From a virus, in the IMG/VR virus record IMGVR_UViG_3300005264_000005, positions 1 through 64,000 of that record: a DNA stretch of 64,000 nucleotides; one strand, given 5' to 3'. Positions 1 to 9,731 of this stretch are shown here, piece by piece (positions within the stretch are counted from its first letter, which is position 1; each line of letters starts with the position of its first letter). Below the pieces are notes generated by a model. The model saw only the letters and a program-made list of their open reading frames with translations, was not told the origin of the DNA and searched no databases. The translations under genes and the position numbers were made by a program.

Positions 1-90
1 GATGCAGTAGTTAAGGGTGATGAGGAAGCAAGGCAATCATACATCGACAAATGTAAACAAGTTAAAGCAGACAATCCGAAGGAGGATTAA
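1..90 (+). CDS. C-terminal fragment of a small protein (possibly tail-fibre assembly protein)
   Basis: Open frame DAVVKGDEEARQSYIDKCKQVKADNPKED* ending just before the ATG at 91; tail-module context. Confidence 0.4.
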   Translation, partial: DAVVKGDEEARQSYIDKCKQVKADNPKED

Positions 91-687
91 ATGATTTTTG
101 TATATATAATTCTGGGTATTATACTGTTGCCTATGGTCGCTGTAGCTATTGGTTTACCTTTCAAGAAACCAGTTAAGTATATTGAGTTTACTCAGTACAA
201 GGAACCTGCGGAGGGCGTATATCAATACCGATTACCTGACTGGCTAAAGTGGTTCAGCAACCCAGAGGATTTTTTGTCTGGCGACTCGCGTGGTTGGTAT
301 TGGAATACTTATTTTCCTACATGGGTTCCTTCGTGGTTCAAGATGTGGTGGTGGTCGGGTGTACGTAATCCTTATAACTACCTGAAGCGTATTGTCATAG
401 GCGTTGATATTCGTAAGTTCACATTCCACAAATTAGTCGGGCAAGATTATGTTAGGGATGACTTCGATAACTGCGGCTTTCAGATTCTATATGCAAAACC
501 AAAAAGCGGTTGGCTACCAAGACCTATGCTATACTGGGTTCGCAGGTGGGGAACATCAGATAGAGCCATAGTTGTTCAGATAGGTTGGAAGATTAAGCTG
601 AGTCACGATGGTTTAGTTGAAAAAGATGAGTGGGATTACTTTAAGGGATGTACTTGTGAAATAAATCCTGGGAAGTCGATCAACTAA
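91..687 (+). CDS. Phage membrane-anchored Trp-rich protein
   Basis: N-terminal hydrophobic helix; WF-x-N-x-D and WWW..RNP motifs; SD GGAGG upstream. Confidence 0.6.
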   Translation: MIFVYIILGIILLPMVAVAIGLPFKKPVKYIEFTQYKEPAEGVYQYRLPDWLKWFSNPEDFLSGDSRGWYWNTYFPTWVPSWFKMWWWSGVRNPYNYLKRIVIGVDIRKFTFHKLVGQDYVRDDFDNCGFQILYAKPKSGWLPRPMLYWVRRWGTSDRAIVVQIGWKIKLSHDGLVEKDEWDYFKGCTCEINPGKSIN

Positions 688-688
688 C

Positions 689-1654
689 ATGACCTATCAA
701 AATATTTATAATGATATTATTACTAGAGGTACCCGTAGGGGTTTAGATAAAAAGAAACTCACAGGGTACTATGAAAAGCATCACATAGTACCAAAGTGTC
801 TTGGTGGACTGAACGATAAAGCAAATTTAGTATTACTGACGGGTAGAGAGCATTTCATAGTACACAGGTTGTTAGTAAAAATGCATAAGGGTAACAAGAG
901 TTTATTTTTCGCTGTGTACCAAATGTCTATAGACAAAACCAAAAACAGGGATCTGGGGATATCCTCAAGAACCTATGAACTACTTAAAAAGCAGTTTTCA
1001 CTGGGTCAGAGAGGTAAAAATAATCCGGCATGCAGACCTGAAATACGTAAAAAGATGTCAGACATGCGTATAGGACAAGTATCGTTTTTCAAAGGTAAAA
1101 AGCATACAGAAGAGGCAAAGAGGGCAATGTCGGTTAGTTCGTCTGTCAGGTGTAAAGGGGAAGGTAACTCGAGGTACGGGGTAACCTTAACAGATGAAAC
1201 TAAGAAGAAAATATCTGATTCTTTGACCGGCCGTACAAGTGCCCTAAATGGTATACCAAGAACCAAAGAAGATTGCCGGAAAATAGCGAAAGGAATACAA
1301 GAGTTCTACTTAACAGATAAAGGTGCTGACCACAGGGCAAAGATTGGTACTAGAATAAAGTCTTATAATATACGTCCTTGGCAGACACCAAGGGCTAGGG
1401 CCAGTGAGACTGTGTTAGCACTTTGGGCTAAGGCAGATGTGCTGTACACATTATGGATAGAAAACAATAAACCAAAAGAGGTATGTTTTAGTAATATTTA
1501 TAACACTATTACAGGCTATCCAGAGAGACCTAGTAGATTTAAGAATATATTGAAAAAGTTTATAGCTGGGTGGGTTCCAATAGATGACCCTGACTGGGTG
1601 GCTTTTTCTACTGGCGCTACATTCGAGCCAAACCCCTGCAAGGATATATCATAA
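689..1654 (+). CDS. Free-standing HNH homing endonuclease with NUMOD3 repeats
   Basis: EKHHIVPKCLGG..NLV.LT.REHF..H motif; FKGKKHTEEAKRAMS and YGVTLTDETKKKIS NUMOD3-like repeats. Confidence 0.9.
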   Translation: MTYQNIYNDIITRGTRRGLDKKKLTGYYEKHHIVPKCLGGLNDKANLVLLTGREHFIVHRLLVKMHKGNKSLFFAVYQMSIDKTKNRDLGISSRTYELLKKQFSLGQRGKNNPACRPEIRKKMSDMRIGQVSFFKGKKHTEEAKRAMSVSSSVRCKGEGNSRYGVTLTDETKKKISDSLTGRTSALNGIPRTKEDCRKIAKGIQEFYLTDKGADHRAKIGTRIKSYNIRPWQTPRARASETVLALWAKADVLYTLWIENNKPKEVCFSNIYNTITGYPERPSRFKNILKKFIAGWVPIDDPDWVAFSTGATFEPNPCKDIS

Positions 1655-1681
1655 TAATGCAAGTAATATAAGGAGATTACA

Positions 1682-2107
1682 ATGAATACAAATGTAAAGA
1701 AAATTAAAGAACAGGCAATGCAATTCTTCACAGAGGGATCTGAGCTTATTGAATCAATAGATGAGTTTAAGGAATGGAACTCCCTATCAGACATACAAAG
1801 AAACATACCAAAGGTTAGTGAGCTAGCATCAAACTTACTCTTGGCTGTCGACGTAGTGGTTGCTGACTTAGATGCAGACCTAAAAGACTTTAAGACAGAG
1901 GAAGGCTTAGATGCAGCAGCATTAATGTTAGATGAGATAATTAAGCTACCACTATACTTAGAGTGGCTTGATGGTCCAGTAATAAAAATTATCCTTGCAC
2001 TAGTTAGAGACTTATTAACAGAGAGACTAGGTGAAGACTTTGATCTGAGTGAAGCTAGGGCTACACTGCAGGCTGGCAAGAAATATATTGATAGACTAAA
2101 TGGTTAA
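1682..2107 (+). CDS. Hypothetical acidic helical protein
   Basis: 141-aa ORF with SD AAGGAG. Confidence 0.6.
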   Translation: MNTNVKKIKEQAMQFFTEGSELIESIDEFKEWNSLSDIQRNIPKVSELASNLLLAVDVVVADLDADLKDFKTEEGLDAAALMLDEIIKLPLYLEWLDGPVIKIILALVRDLLTERLGEDFDLSEARATLQAGKKYIDRLNG

Positions 2108-2122
2108 TTTTAAGGAGTTTAT

Positions 2123-4162
2123 ATGTTAGTAAAGTCAGTAAAAATAGATTGGAACTGGGCAGGAGATACTGTTTTCCTGAAAGGATTTAATATAGCAGTA
2201 TGTCAAGATGCGGATCTTCCAGATGTACAGTCTGTATCAAAAACATTTGCTAACGTACAAGGCTCGAATAATGCATACTCCTTCATCTTCAAGGATGTCA
2301 TTCTTCAGGATGGAGGAGATTACACTGCATATATACAAGCAGTATATGCCAACAAGGATTCTAGTTGGATTAGTAGTGGTGGTTTTTTAGTAGAAGACGA
2401 TGGCCTAGCCACTATATCAAATGCAAATTTAACAATAGAGGACGTTAAGGCTGGCGCTGGATGGACTAACTTGCCTTTAGATGGCGCTACTAATAATACT
2501 ACTATATATCAAGAGAATGAACCTCTAGAGATTAACTCTAAGTTTGGTTTTATATGGATAAGGGATTCTGACAAACAAATATTTACATACAATGGTACAA
2601 GCTGGATAGAAGGTAAGTCAGGAGAGAGTCCGATAGCTTGCATCTTATCAAATGAGTCTCATACTGTTCCAGCTCTAAATGACGGTACTGTAACCTCATA
2701 TACTGGATCAGGTACAGAAATATACGTATACGAAGGACTAACAGCATTGCAATATGATGGAGTTGGTACATCAAATGGCACATGGAAAATAATCTCAACA
2801 GGCTCTGATGTGACTACAGGCTCTTTGTCTGACCAAGGCGTGAGTGCGTTCGCTGGAACTGTATCTTCAATGACTGCTGATGTTGCATCTGTCTCTTTTA
2901 GGGTTATAGGCAAGACTATACATGGAGAATCATTTGACTTCAATAGAGTCCAGTCTCTCACAAAATCTAAGGCTGGTATAATTGGTGTTGACGGTCAGGA
3001 TGGATCAATTGGCATAGACGGATTGCCAGGACCTGTTATATCGCTAGTTACTTCAAAACAAGCATTTACCTTCACAGATGACATATTAGATGGTGGTCAG
3101 TCTGATATTATATTAGATGTAGTAAGACAAAATACATCAGAAACAGTTACGTGGACATCTGTTCCATCTATTATTACTGGTACTGGAAATCAAAAAATAT
3201 TAACAGCTGCTTCTTTTGGATCTAATACGCAGTTAGCTATAACTATTACAACTCCTGCTGGATTGACAGATAAGACAACTATAGTAAAACTAAATCAATC
3301 TACAGCAGAAGCAGGAGCTGATATAACAAGCAGCAATAAGGCTGCAGGACTATCAAGTCCTGATACAAGATCCGTCAACTCTCCTCCTTCATTTTACTAC
3401 ACTAAAGGCTCAGGTGTATATACAGAGTTTAAGCAATCAAGCGTCATAGGAGCACCTACAGGAACTACATATTGTCAGCTGGTTAATAATGTTCCATGGA
3501 GTTCAGTGTCAGGCGGCGCAATTGTTCAGACTGCATATTCTGGAGACAACTACTATAAGAGAAAGAGCACAAGCACCACTACATGGGGAGCATGGACTAC
3601 AGTAGCAGATGGTTCAGATAATACTAAGACTTCATTTGAGACTGGATTTACAGGTGACACTGGTGGTATAATACTAGGGGCAAACGCATCGATACGTACA
3701 ACCGGTAAGGATAGTTATATAGATACTACTAGCGGTGTATACATGGGGAATGTATCAGGAGTAGCTAAATTCGGGATAGGCAATGGAACTAATTACATAT
3801 CATGGGATGGTGCTTTGCTGGATATTAAAGGAAAGCTTACTGCTTCAGAAGTAGACGCGCCAACTATAACAGGAGGCACGCTTAGTGCATCAAGCATAAG
3901 TGCATCAAGCATAAGTGCCTCGAATATCAGTGCATCAAGCATAAGTGCATCAACAATGAGTGCATCGACAATGAGTGGCGGAGCAATATCTGGATCTAGT
4001 ATAAATATACCAGGGGTTTCACCTAAATTTTCTGTAGATTCATTTGGCAACGTAACAATTAAATCTGCACTCAGTGGAGCTAGAATGGAAATAAGCAATA
4101 GCACTGTAAAAGTATATGATGTAGCAGGCAGACTCAGAGTACAGTTAGGAGACTTATCGTAA
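2123..4162 (+). CDS. Tail tip / host-specificity (fibre) protein
   Basis: Ser/Thr/Gly-rich; collagen-like GxDG stretch; SASSI pentapeptide repeats; C-terminal KVYD..GRLRVQLGDLS resembling lambda-J-like tail-tip ends. Confidence 0.8.
   Translation: MLVKSVKIDWNWAGDTVFLKGFNIAVCQDADLPDVQSVSKTFANVQGSNNAYSFIFKDVILQDGGDYTAYIQAVYANKDSSWISSGGFLVEDDGLATISNANLTIEDVKAGAGWTNLPLDGATNNTTIYQENEPLEINSKFGFIWIRDSDKQIFTYNGTSWIEGKSGESPIACILSNESHTVPALNDGTVTSYTGSGTEIYVYEGLTALQYDGVGTSNGTWKIISTGSDVTTGSLSDQGVSAFAGTVSSMTADVASVSFRVIGKTIHGESFDFNRVQSLTKSKAGIIGVDGQDGSIGIDGLPGPVISLVTSKQAFTFTDDILDGGQSDIILDVVRQNTSETVTWTSVPSIITGTGNQKILTAASFGSNTQLAITITTPAGLTDKTTIVKLNQSTAEAGADITSSNKAAGLSSPDTRSVNSPPSFYYTKGSGVYTEFKQSSVIGAPTGTTYCQLVNNVPWSSVSGGAIVQTAYSGDNYYKRKSTSTTTWGAWTTVADGSDNTKTSFETGFTGDTGGIILGANASIRTTGKDSYIDTTSGVYMGNVSGVAKFGIGNGTNYISWDGALLDIKGKLTASEVDAPTITGGTLSASSISASSISASNISASSISASTMSASTMSGGAISGSSINIPGVSPKFSVDSFGNVTIKSALSGARMEISNSTVKVYDVAGRLRVQLGDLS
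3884..3973 (+). repeat. Six tandem 15-bp units (AGTGCATCAAGCATA consensus) encoding SAS(S/N/T)(I/M)
   Basis: Directly visible in-frame tandem repeat in the tail protein. Confidence 0.9.
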
Positions 4163-4163
4163 T

Positions 4164-4454
4164 ATGAATTTTGGTTTATTAATTAAAAATTCAGATGGTG
4201 ACATTAAAATGGATCCAAGTACTCATTTACTCAGGGTACACACAGAGGGATCTATGACTTTTAGTAATGTATTAACCTCACAGCAAACACATACATTTGA
4301 AGCCCTACCTTATGTTCCTAGGGTCCATTTAGAGTATAGTGCAGTGCCTTTTGGAGGAGTATGGTCTACAGTGACTAAAAACTCGATAACTATACATATT
4401 GCTGCTGCCTTCACGTATAGTCACGTTGTGAGTTATCATATACTAAGGAGATAG
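4164..4454 (+). CDS. Small tail-tip accessory protein
   Basis: MNFGLLIKN..G N-terminus typical of proteins following J-like tail genes. Confidence 0.65.
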   Translation: MNFGLLIKNSDGDIKMDPSTHLLRVHTEGSMTFSNVLTSQQTHTFEALPYVPRVHLEYSAVPFGGVWSTVTKNSITIHIAAAFTYSHVVSYHILRR

Positions 4455-4456
4455 CT

Positions 4457-5158
4457 ATGAGTTTTGGTTTACGCGTTACTAATGATGCAGGAGATGAGAC
4501 GTTAAACATTAACAATAAAGTTTTACATCTTGAGGAGATTATAAACACTACCACTACAACAGAATATTCCCATGATTACAGCTGGGGAACAACAACAATA
4601 TCAATAGATAACTATGCTATAAAGCCATTAGTATTTGTTTCTAATACTGATGAATATAACTATACAAGCTGTAGTGTATGGAAGTCAGGTCCTACATATT
4701 GGGATAGAATCTCTATAAGTCGTGCACCTATTCCGCCAGGTACTTTTGCTCATAAGGTATTTATTTTCTCGCAAGGAGGTAAGAAGAGTGCTGAAACTCA
4801 TGGTCTAAGAATATGGGATGAGAATAAAGACTTGGTATTTGATAGTGGCGTTAAGACTTTAAAATATGTGAAGTCATTTTCCGGAACATTAAAAACTAGC
4901 GTAACTTTAAACTTTGATACTCCATTGGTAAATACGCCTGTTATTAGCATTAATAACTCTGTAATAAATTCTTTTATGCCTGAAGGAGCCTGTCCGTATC
5001 AAGCTTTTTACGGTGTAAATCATAAGGTCGATAATGCTAGCTTGTATTTAAGAAATTATTGCTTAGGAGCTTGGGGCGTAGGGACTAAGTACGCTATTCC
5101 TCCGCAATATTCGCCTGTTGCTAGTGCTTACGATATAGATGTTTATGAATATTTCTAA
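4457..5158 (+). CDS. Tail-tip accessory protein
   Basis: Duplicated (F/H)GLR(V/I)..D..G...FDS motif typical of tail-tip proteins. Confidence 0.7.
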   Translation: MSFGLRVTNDAGDETLNINNKVLHLEEIINTTTTTEYSHDYSWGTTTISIDNYAIKPLVFVSNTDEYNYTSCSVWKSGPTYWDRISISRAPIPPGTFAHKVFIFSQGGKKSAETHGLRIWDENKDLVFDSGVKTLKYVKSFSGTLKTSVTLNFDTPLVNTPVISINNSVINSFMPEGACPYQAFYGVNHKVDNASLYLRNYCLGAWGVGTKYAIPPQYSPVASAYDIDVYEYF

Positions 5159-5167
5159 GGAGATAAA

Positions 5168-6646
5168 ATGATAACTACAGCTGAATATATTTTAATGAAT
5201 CAGGTAACTCACAATAAGCCTGAGCTATATAACTCTTTTGGAGGAGCTCACTGTCTGCGAGAGACAGTCTTAGATACAGGCTTTCAGGAATTTTGTAGCT
5301 GGAGTGAAATACTAGATACGATAACTGAGAAGATGGGAGAAGAGTATGTAACTGCATCTTTTAAAAATAGGCACTTTGTACCAAACACTAGCTTTTTTGC
5401 AAACTTAAAACTCAATAAACAGCTTTTTGCTTTCTATACAATTGATACAAATAATGAAGTAATAAAAATGCTTAGAGTTGGAGAGCTTTTGCAGAACTTC
5501 TCTGGAGCATCTTTCAATGCTCCTTTAACTGCATCAGTCCCATTAAAAGCATTTGGCTTGGCAGATATGATTCCAATAATGCAAAGTTTAGTATGGTTCA
5601 CTCCGCATAAAAAAGGAGTTAGAGGAGTTAGAAATGGTGCAGTAGCTGTAACTATTGATATTGATTCCCCTGGTGCAATTGAGTCTATAATATGCTTAAA
5701 GGGGATTGAAACTTTAGTTGGAATGCCTGAGGTAAAGCTAAACTCATCATTCTTCGATAAAGTTAGAAATGATGAGCATATGTTGATTGAGACCGAAGGT
5801 CAAAATCCTTTCAGCATAGCAGCCAGGAAGATATTAGAAATAATATCAGAGATAATATCGAAACATTCGAGGCCTGGTCTAATCTTTGAAATTGAAGAAG
5901 ATCATATAATAGCACCTTGTGGAGAAATCACTTGTGTTAAGGATGAGGGCATACCAGAAGCTTCTCTAAATTTAACAAAATTTATTGTTAATTCTGAGTT
6001 TGACTACAGCTTATTAAGGCAAAGTTTTTATGATGCTGTAAGTTTCTTAAATAGAGTGATTGACATAAATCCATATATAACAGAAGAGCAGAGATCTGTA
6101 TGCCTAAGTAGGAGATCTATTGGTGTAGGACTAATGGGGTTAGCTGATTTATGTTGCATGCTTAAGATAGATTTTCCATCAAAAGAGGCTTTAGATTTAC
6201 TGGGCAACATATTAGATAAGCTAAAAGAGTATTCAAATGAGGCAGAGATTTTGAAGTTTAATAATGTCAAAATTTTTGCCTTCTCACCAACTGGCACTAG
6301 AAGTGCGGTTGGGAAATGTAGTCCTACTCTATTTTCATATTTTGATAAACTTACTACTTCCTGCTTAACTCAAACAGAGAAAGACAATCTTATAAAATCA
6401 GGAAACGTAAAAGTTGATAGTGATTGGAGCTTCACAGATTTCGTTGAAATCGTTAAGCTTGTTGAAGACAAACTAGACGCAAGGGTGAGTTATAACGTGA
6501 CTCTTACTTCGCCAACTACAAAAGAAATATATGACTATATAATCAAGGCACACAGTTATGGCGTTAAGCAAATATCATTTTTTGCCGACTATGGTCAAAC
6601 GAGTAATGTAGCTAAGACGTTGATGATGCCTGATCAGGATATTTAG
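5168..6646 (+). CDS. Degenerate class II ribonucleotide-reductase-like protein
   Basis: Recognisable barrel motifs FVPN, GVRNGA, RPGLIF, APCGEI, RRSIGVGLMGLAD, SPTGT, GVK; the redox Cys pair and the Asn of NPCxE appear substituted. Confidence 0.75.
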   Translation: MITTAEYILMNQVTHNKPELYNSFGGAHCLRETVLDTGFQEFCSWSEILDTITEKMGEEYVTASFKNRHFVPNTSFFANLKLNKQLFAFYTIDTNNEVIKMLRVGELLQNFSGASFNAPLTASVPLKAFGLADMIPIMQSLVWFTPHKKGVRGVRNGAVAVTIDIDSPGAIESIICLKGIETLVGMPEVKLNSSFFDKVRNDEHMLIETEGQNPFSIAARKILEIISEIISKHSRPGLIFEIEEDHIIAPCGEITCVKDEGIPEASLNLTKFIVNSEFDYSLLRQSFYDAVSFLNRVIDINPYITEEQRSVCLSRRSIGVGLMGLADLCCMLKIDFPSKEALDLLGNILDKLKEYSNEAEILKFNNVKIFAFSPTGTRSAVGKCSPTLFSYFDKLTTSCLTQTEKDNLIKSGNVKVDSDWSFTDFVEIVKLVEDKLDARVSYNVTLTSPTTKEIYDYIIKAHSYGVKQISFFADYGQTSNVAKTLMMPDQDI

Positions 6647-6655
6647 GAGGATAAG

Positions 6656-6913
6656 ATGAGAATTTTTACTACTAGCATTATCATAATTGCTTTACTTTTA
6701 ATTTCAGGCTGTAGCGTGACAGGCTTAAGCTTCAGTAAAGATAACTACAACTATCAGAGCGGTTCTTTTAGCTCTGACATAAGAAATTGTGTTAATGAAA
6801 ACAATGGAAGCATTATAAGCTGGACTAAAGACACTGTAGTATACAAGGTTAGCGCTAGCAATCTCGAGCAGACCAGGAGATGCATTAAGCTTAAGGGCTG
6901 GAATTTAAATTAG
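6656..6913 (+). CDS. Small lipoprotein
   Basis: Signal peptide with lipobox ISGC. Confidence 0.65.
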   Translation: MRIFTTSIIIIALLLISGCSVTGLSFSKDNYNYQSGSFSSDIRNCVNENNGSIISWTKDTVVYKVSASNLEQTRRCIKLKGWNLN

Positions 6914-6965
6914 GCTTAACAGTAGCATAAGCTAAGAATGGAGAGGTTGACTTATTAACTTAAAT

Positions 6966-7006
6966 AAAAAAGGGGCCGGAGAATTACTCTCCAGTCCCTT
7001 TTTCTT
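6966..7006. terminator. Bidirectional intrinsic terminator between convergent modules
   Basis: AAAAAAGGGGCCGGAG-aatta-CTCTCCAGTCCCTTTTT hairpin flanked by A and T tracts. Confidence 0.7.
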
Positions 7007-7334
7007 TATTATGCTCAATAGCTTGGTTATTTATTACTTCGATGGTTGTTTGATTTGTTATCCCCCACTTTACAACTCTTATTGTATTACGTTGTATAGC
7101 TTTTACATCATTCTCTTTAATCCCACCAATAATATTAGGTTCATCTAATGGGTATATGGTTATTTGTTCAAGAGGTTCTAGGGGTTCTATAGGGTAAATC
7201 TTATATTCAGGTTCGATTATAATGATCTCAGGGGGAAGGGGATCTAGGCAAGGCTTCTTTAGGCACCCCGCCAGGGATAACAATATAAGGCTCACTAATA
7301 GTGCCTTTAGTATTTGTTGGAATAACTGCATCAT
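6984..7334 (-). CDS. o-spanin (Rz1-like lipoprotein)
   Basis: Lipobox LAGC, Pro-rich mature region, start overlaps the 3' end of the i-spanin gene in another frame. Confidence 0.8.
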   Translation of the reverse strand: MMQLFQQILKALLVSLILLSLAGCLKKPCLDPLPPEIIIIEPEYKIYPIEPLEPLEQITIYPLDEPNIIGGIKENDVKAIQRNTIRVVKWGITNQTTIEVINNQAIEHNKEKGTGE

Positions 7335-7671
7335 TTACCTCCTCAAGCAAGCCATTGTACTTGATTTGTAATTCGTTTCTTTTTACTTGTAGTAGCTGGA
7401 ATAGCTCTACATAATCAGCTAAGCTATCTTTAGTTATATCATTAGCTAATTTAAGTGTTTTGATTCTCTCATCTCTTGCGAGAATCTTTTGGTTTTTTTG
7501 TTCTAGTGTTGACTCTAGTGATACTATCTTTTGTCCTAGTAATTCTTTCTGGCCTTTGAGTGACTGATATCTCATACCAAATCCTATTAGCCCAGCACAT
7601 AGTGCTAAGATTATTACTCCGATCAAGATAGGTTTCCAGTTACGTGCAAAGAATAAGGCTATGCTGCTCAT
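7228..7671 (-). CDS. i-spanin (Rz-like)
   Basis: Single N-terminal TM helix followed by coiled coil; overlaps the lipoprotein gene. Confidence 0.8.
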   Translation of the reverse strand: MSSIALFFARNWKPILIGVIILALCAGLIGFGMRYQSLKGQKELLGQKIVSLESTLEQKNQKILARDERIKTLKLANDITKDSLADYVELFQLLQVKRNELQIKYNGLLEEVNDAVIPTNTKGTISEPYIVIPGGVPKEALPRSPSP

Positions 7672-7684
7672 GTTAGTCTCCTTA

Positions 7685-7720
7685 ATAAAACAGGGAAGCA
7701 GATTTCTCTACTCCCCTGTT
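7685..7720 (-). terminator. Intrinsic terminator after nrdJ
   Basis: Minus strand AACAGGGGAGTAGAGAAATCTGCTTCCCTGTTTTATT. Confidence 0.6.
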
Positions 7721-7725
7721 AATAA

Positions 7726-8397
7726 CTACCTAAAGTCGCAATTGCCGCCAGAGCAAGCATATTCTTGACTACCTTGAGTAGTATCCTTCTCTTCATATTC
7801 AGAGAGTTCAGTAAAATCAATTACAGGCATATCAGCAGTTAACTTATCATACATGCCTTCATTAATTTCCTCGTAAGGAGCTAATGGATATGTGCCGCCA
7901 TCATGTGGTAAGAAACTAAGTCCTCCTACATAATCCCAGTTCTTGTAGACCCATGCTCCTACTTCCATCCACTCATGTTCTTTTACGTAAATAGTTACAG
8001 AAGGATTGTGATCACACCACTCTTCCTTAAACATTTTCCAGTAATTCAACTGTTGTATCGCATCTCTATCGTTACGTTCAATAGAGCCGCTCTCAGGCCC
8101 CTTAACAGGGAATTCAAAGACTAGCGTATTACACGTTGCTAAAGTTTGATTAACCTCAGGATTGTAAGGTACGCCTTTGCTGATTAGGAATGTAGCAATT
8201 GGATCACCAGCTGTAACACGTACTCTTCTGATATAGAATTGACTGTAGCGAGGATGTAATCCAGATGCACAGTTTACTAATTGAGACACTGTGTTGTGAG
8301 AGACGCATCCGTTATCGAGCTGGTATGTATGCGTATCTTCAACTTCAATATCAACAGTGAGCTCGGGATCTAGCTTTTTAATTGATTTTATTTTCAT
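7726..8397 (-). CDS. nrdJ: NrdJ C-terminal part with N-terminal split-intein C-fragment (35 aa, 8293-8397)
   Basis: MKIKSIKK..TVDIEVEDTHTYQLDNGCVSHN|TVSQLVNCASGLHPR; ends with ACSGGNC typical of class II RNR. Confidence 0.93.
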   Translation of the reverse strand: MKIKSIKKLDPELTVDIEVEDTHTYQLDNGCVSHNTVSQLVNCASGLHPRYSQFYIRRVRVTAGDPIATFLISKGVPYNPEVNQTLATCNTLVFEFPVKGPESGSIERNDRDAIQQLNYWKMFKEEWCDHNPSVTIYVKEHEWMEVGAWVYKNWDYVGGLSFLPHDGGTYPLAPYEEINEGMYDKLTADMPVIDFTELSEYEEKDTTQGSQEYACSGGNCDFR

Positions 8398-9022
8398 TAT
8401 TTTTTAATCTACCTCTTTTGAAATTACTATTTTCTCTAAGAAAGTCTTCAGTTGACTTATCTTGCTGCATCTTAGCGGTATACTTTATTGAAATTTTCTT
8501 ATTACTTAGCCAAACAAAGCCTTTATTGTTAGCTCCACCTTTTTTTCCATTGGCTCTTTGAATTTCAGGCATCGTAAAGGCACCAACCTTTCCTCCAGCA
8601 GAAGCGGCCTTTAATCTAAGTTCAGGATTATAAAAAGAGCTTAATTGCTTTTCTTTTAAGGTAGCCTGAGCTGCCTTACCACCAAGAGAGGCCCATTTAA
8701 TTCTTTCATCTTTATATTTAGGATCCAATATTCCGACTTGAATTTCCTTAACTTTATTACCGCCTACTTTACCGTCAAAGCTTGATGATATCTTATGTGC
8801 CTCAGAAAAATTATACCCTATCATGTGATAGGCACATAAATCCCTAAAGTCACCAAGCTTATTATATCTATCTAAATGAAATGCCTTATGCATTTCTTTT
8901 GATAAAGGTATAAGATTATTCATATCATCAGTACCGCCATCATGCCTAGGTACAATATGATGCACTTCATAGTCATTTGGTATATCACCATAAGAATCAG
9001 TAAATTTCTTTCTTAAAGACAT
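8378..9022 (-). CDS. Free-standing HNH homing endonuclease between the split-intein halves
   Basis: EVHHIVPRHDGGTDD..NL..L....H...H motif; GGK repeats. Confidence 0.9.
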   Translation of the reverse strand: MSLRKKFTDSYGDIPNDYEVHHIVPRHDGGTDDMNNLIPLSKEMHKAFHLDRYNKLGDFRDLCAYHMIGYNFSEAHKISSSFDGKVGGNKVKEIQVGILDPKYKDERIKWASLGGKAAQATLKEKQLSSFYNPELRLKAASAGGKVGAFTMPEIQRANGKKGGANNKGFVWLSNKKISIKYTAKMQQDKSTEDFLRENSNFKRGRLKNNENKIN

Positions 9023-9053
9023 AAGCCCTCCAATAGTAGTTTAGTTAATAATA

Positions 9054-9064
9054 TGTTAATAACT
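9054..9064 (-). promoter_or_regulatory. Putative phage late promoter AGTTATTAACA (representative copy)
   Basis: Same or near-identical motif about 25-55 nt upstream of several endonuclease and spanin genes (see findings). Confidence 0.6.
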
Positions 9065-9083
9065 AGTACCAGAGGGCTTAACA

Positions 9084-9731
9084 TTAAAAGCCTACAATTT
9101 CATCGTCTTCAGTTAATTTATCACATCTCTTCCAGCCACTAGTAGTCTTGAGCTTATGCTCAGCTGTAAATCTATATGAATTACCATCTTCAAACTCAAT
9201 CTCATACACTTCAGACATGCCGTTAACAAAAAGGCTTGTAACTAATTTCTTATCATTATTCTCGTCATACACATAAGTATTAATTGTAGGCTTAATCCAA
9301 GTACCAGCCTCAATGCTTTCTAAGTTATCAATGCCGTTCTCAGTAAAGATATCAGCCATAGACTTAACACCTTCACTTGTAAGAACTTTAGTCCTAGGAG
9401 ATGTACACCCGCTAGGCTTGACTACAGTAATAGCTACTGGACAATTAATACCAAGAGCTTCTGCCCATACAGCAGCAGTGCTATGAGTAATGCCTTTGAT
9501 TTCCTTTAGCCATCTTCTAGCATCAAGATCATCAACTTGAAGGATTGGATGATCACACGTACCAGTAATGCTAACGCCTAGTAAACGCTCTTCTTCACAA
9601 TTATCTTTCCATTGCTTGCGAAGAAACCCAAAGTCAGTAAGAGTGGACTGCAAGACACCGAGAATAGTGGCATGCTTAGCCTTAAGCTTCAAGTCATCTA
9701 GCGTGTCAGATGCAGAAACAACAATTTCGCT
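9084..9731 (-). CDS. nrdJ: NrdJ N-part exon 2, ending in split-intein N-fragment (9087-9407, 107 aa)
   Basis: SEIVVS..ILGVLQSTLTDF..EERLLGVSITG..VKPSG|CTSPRTKVLT..FTAEHKL..W...L..DDEIVGF*. Confidence 0.92.
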   Translation of the reverse strand, partial: SEIVVSASDTLDDLKLKAKHATILGVLQSTLTDFGFLRKQWKDNCEEERLLGVSITGTCDHPILQVDDLDARRWLKEIKGITHSTAAVWAEALGINCPVAITVVKPSGCTSPRTKVLTSEGVKSMADIFTENGIDNLESIEAGTWIKPTINTYVYDENNDKKLVTSLFVNGMSEVYEIEFEDGNSYRFTAEHKLKTTSGWKRCDKLTEDDEIVGF

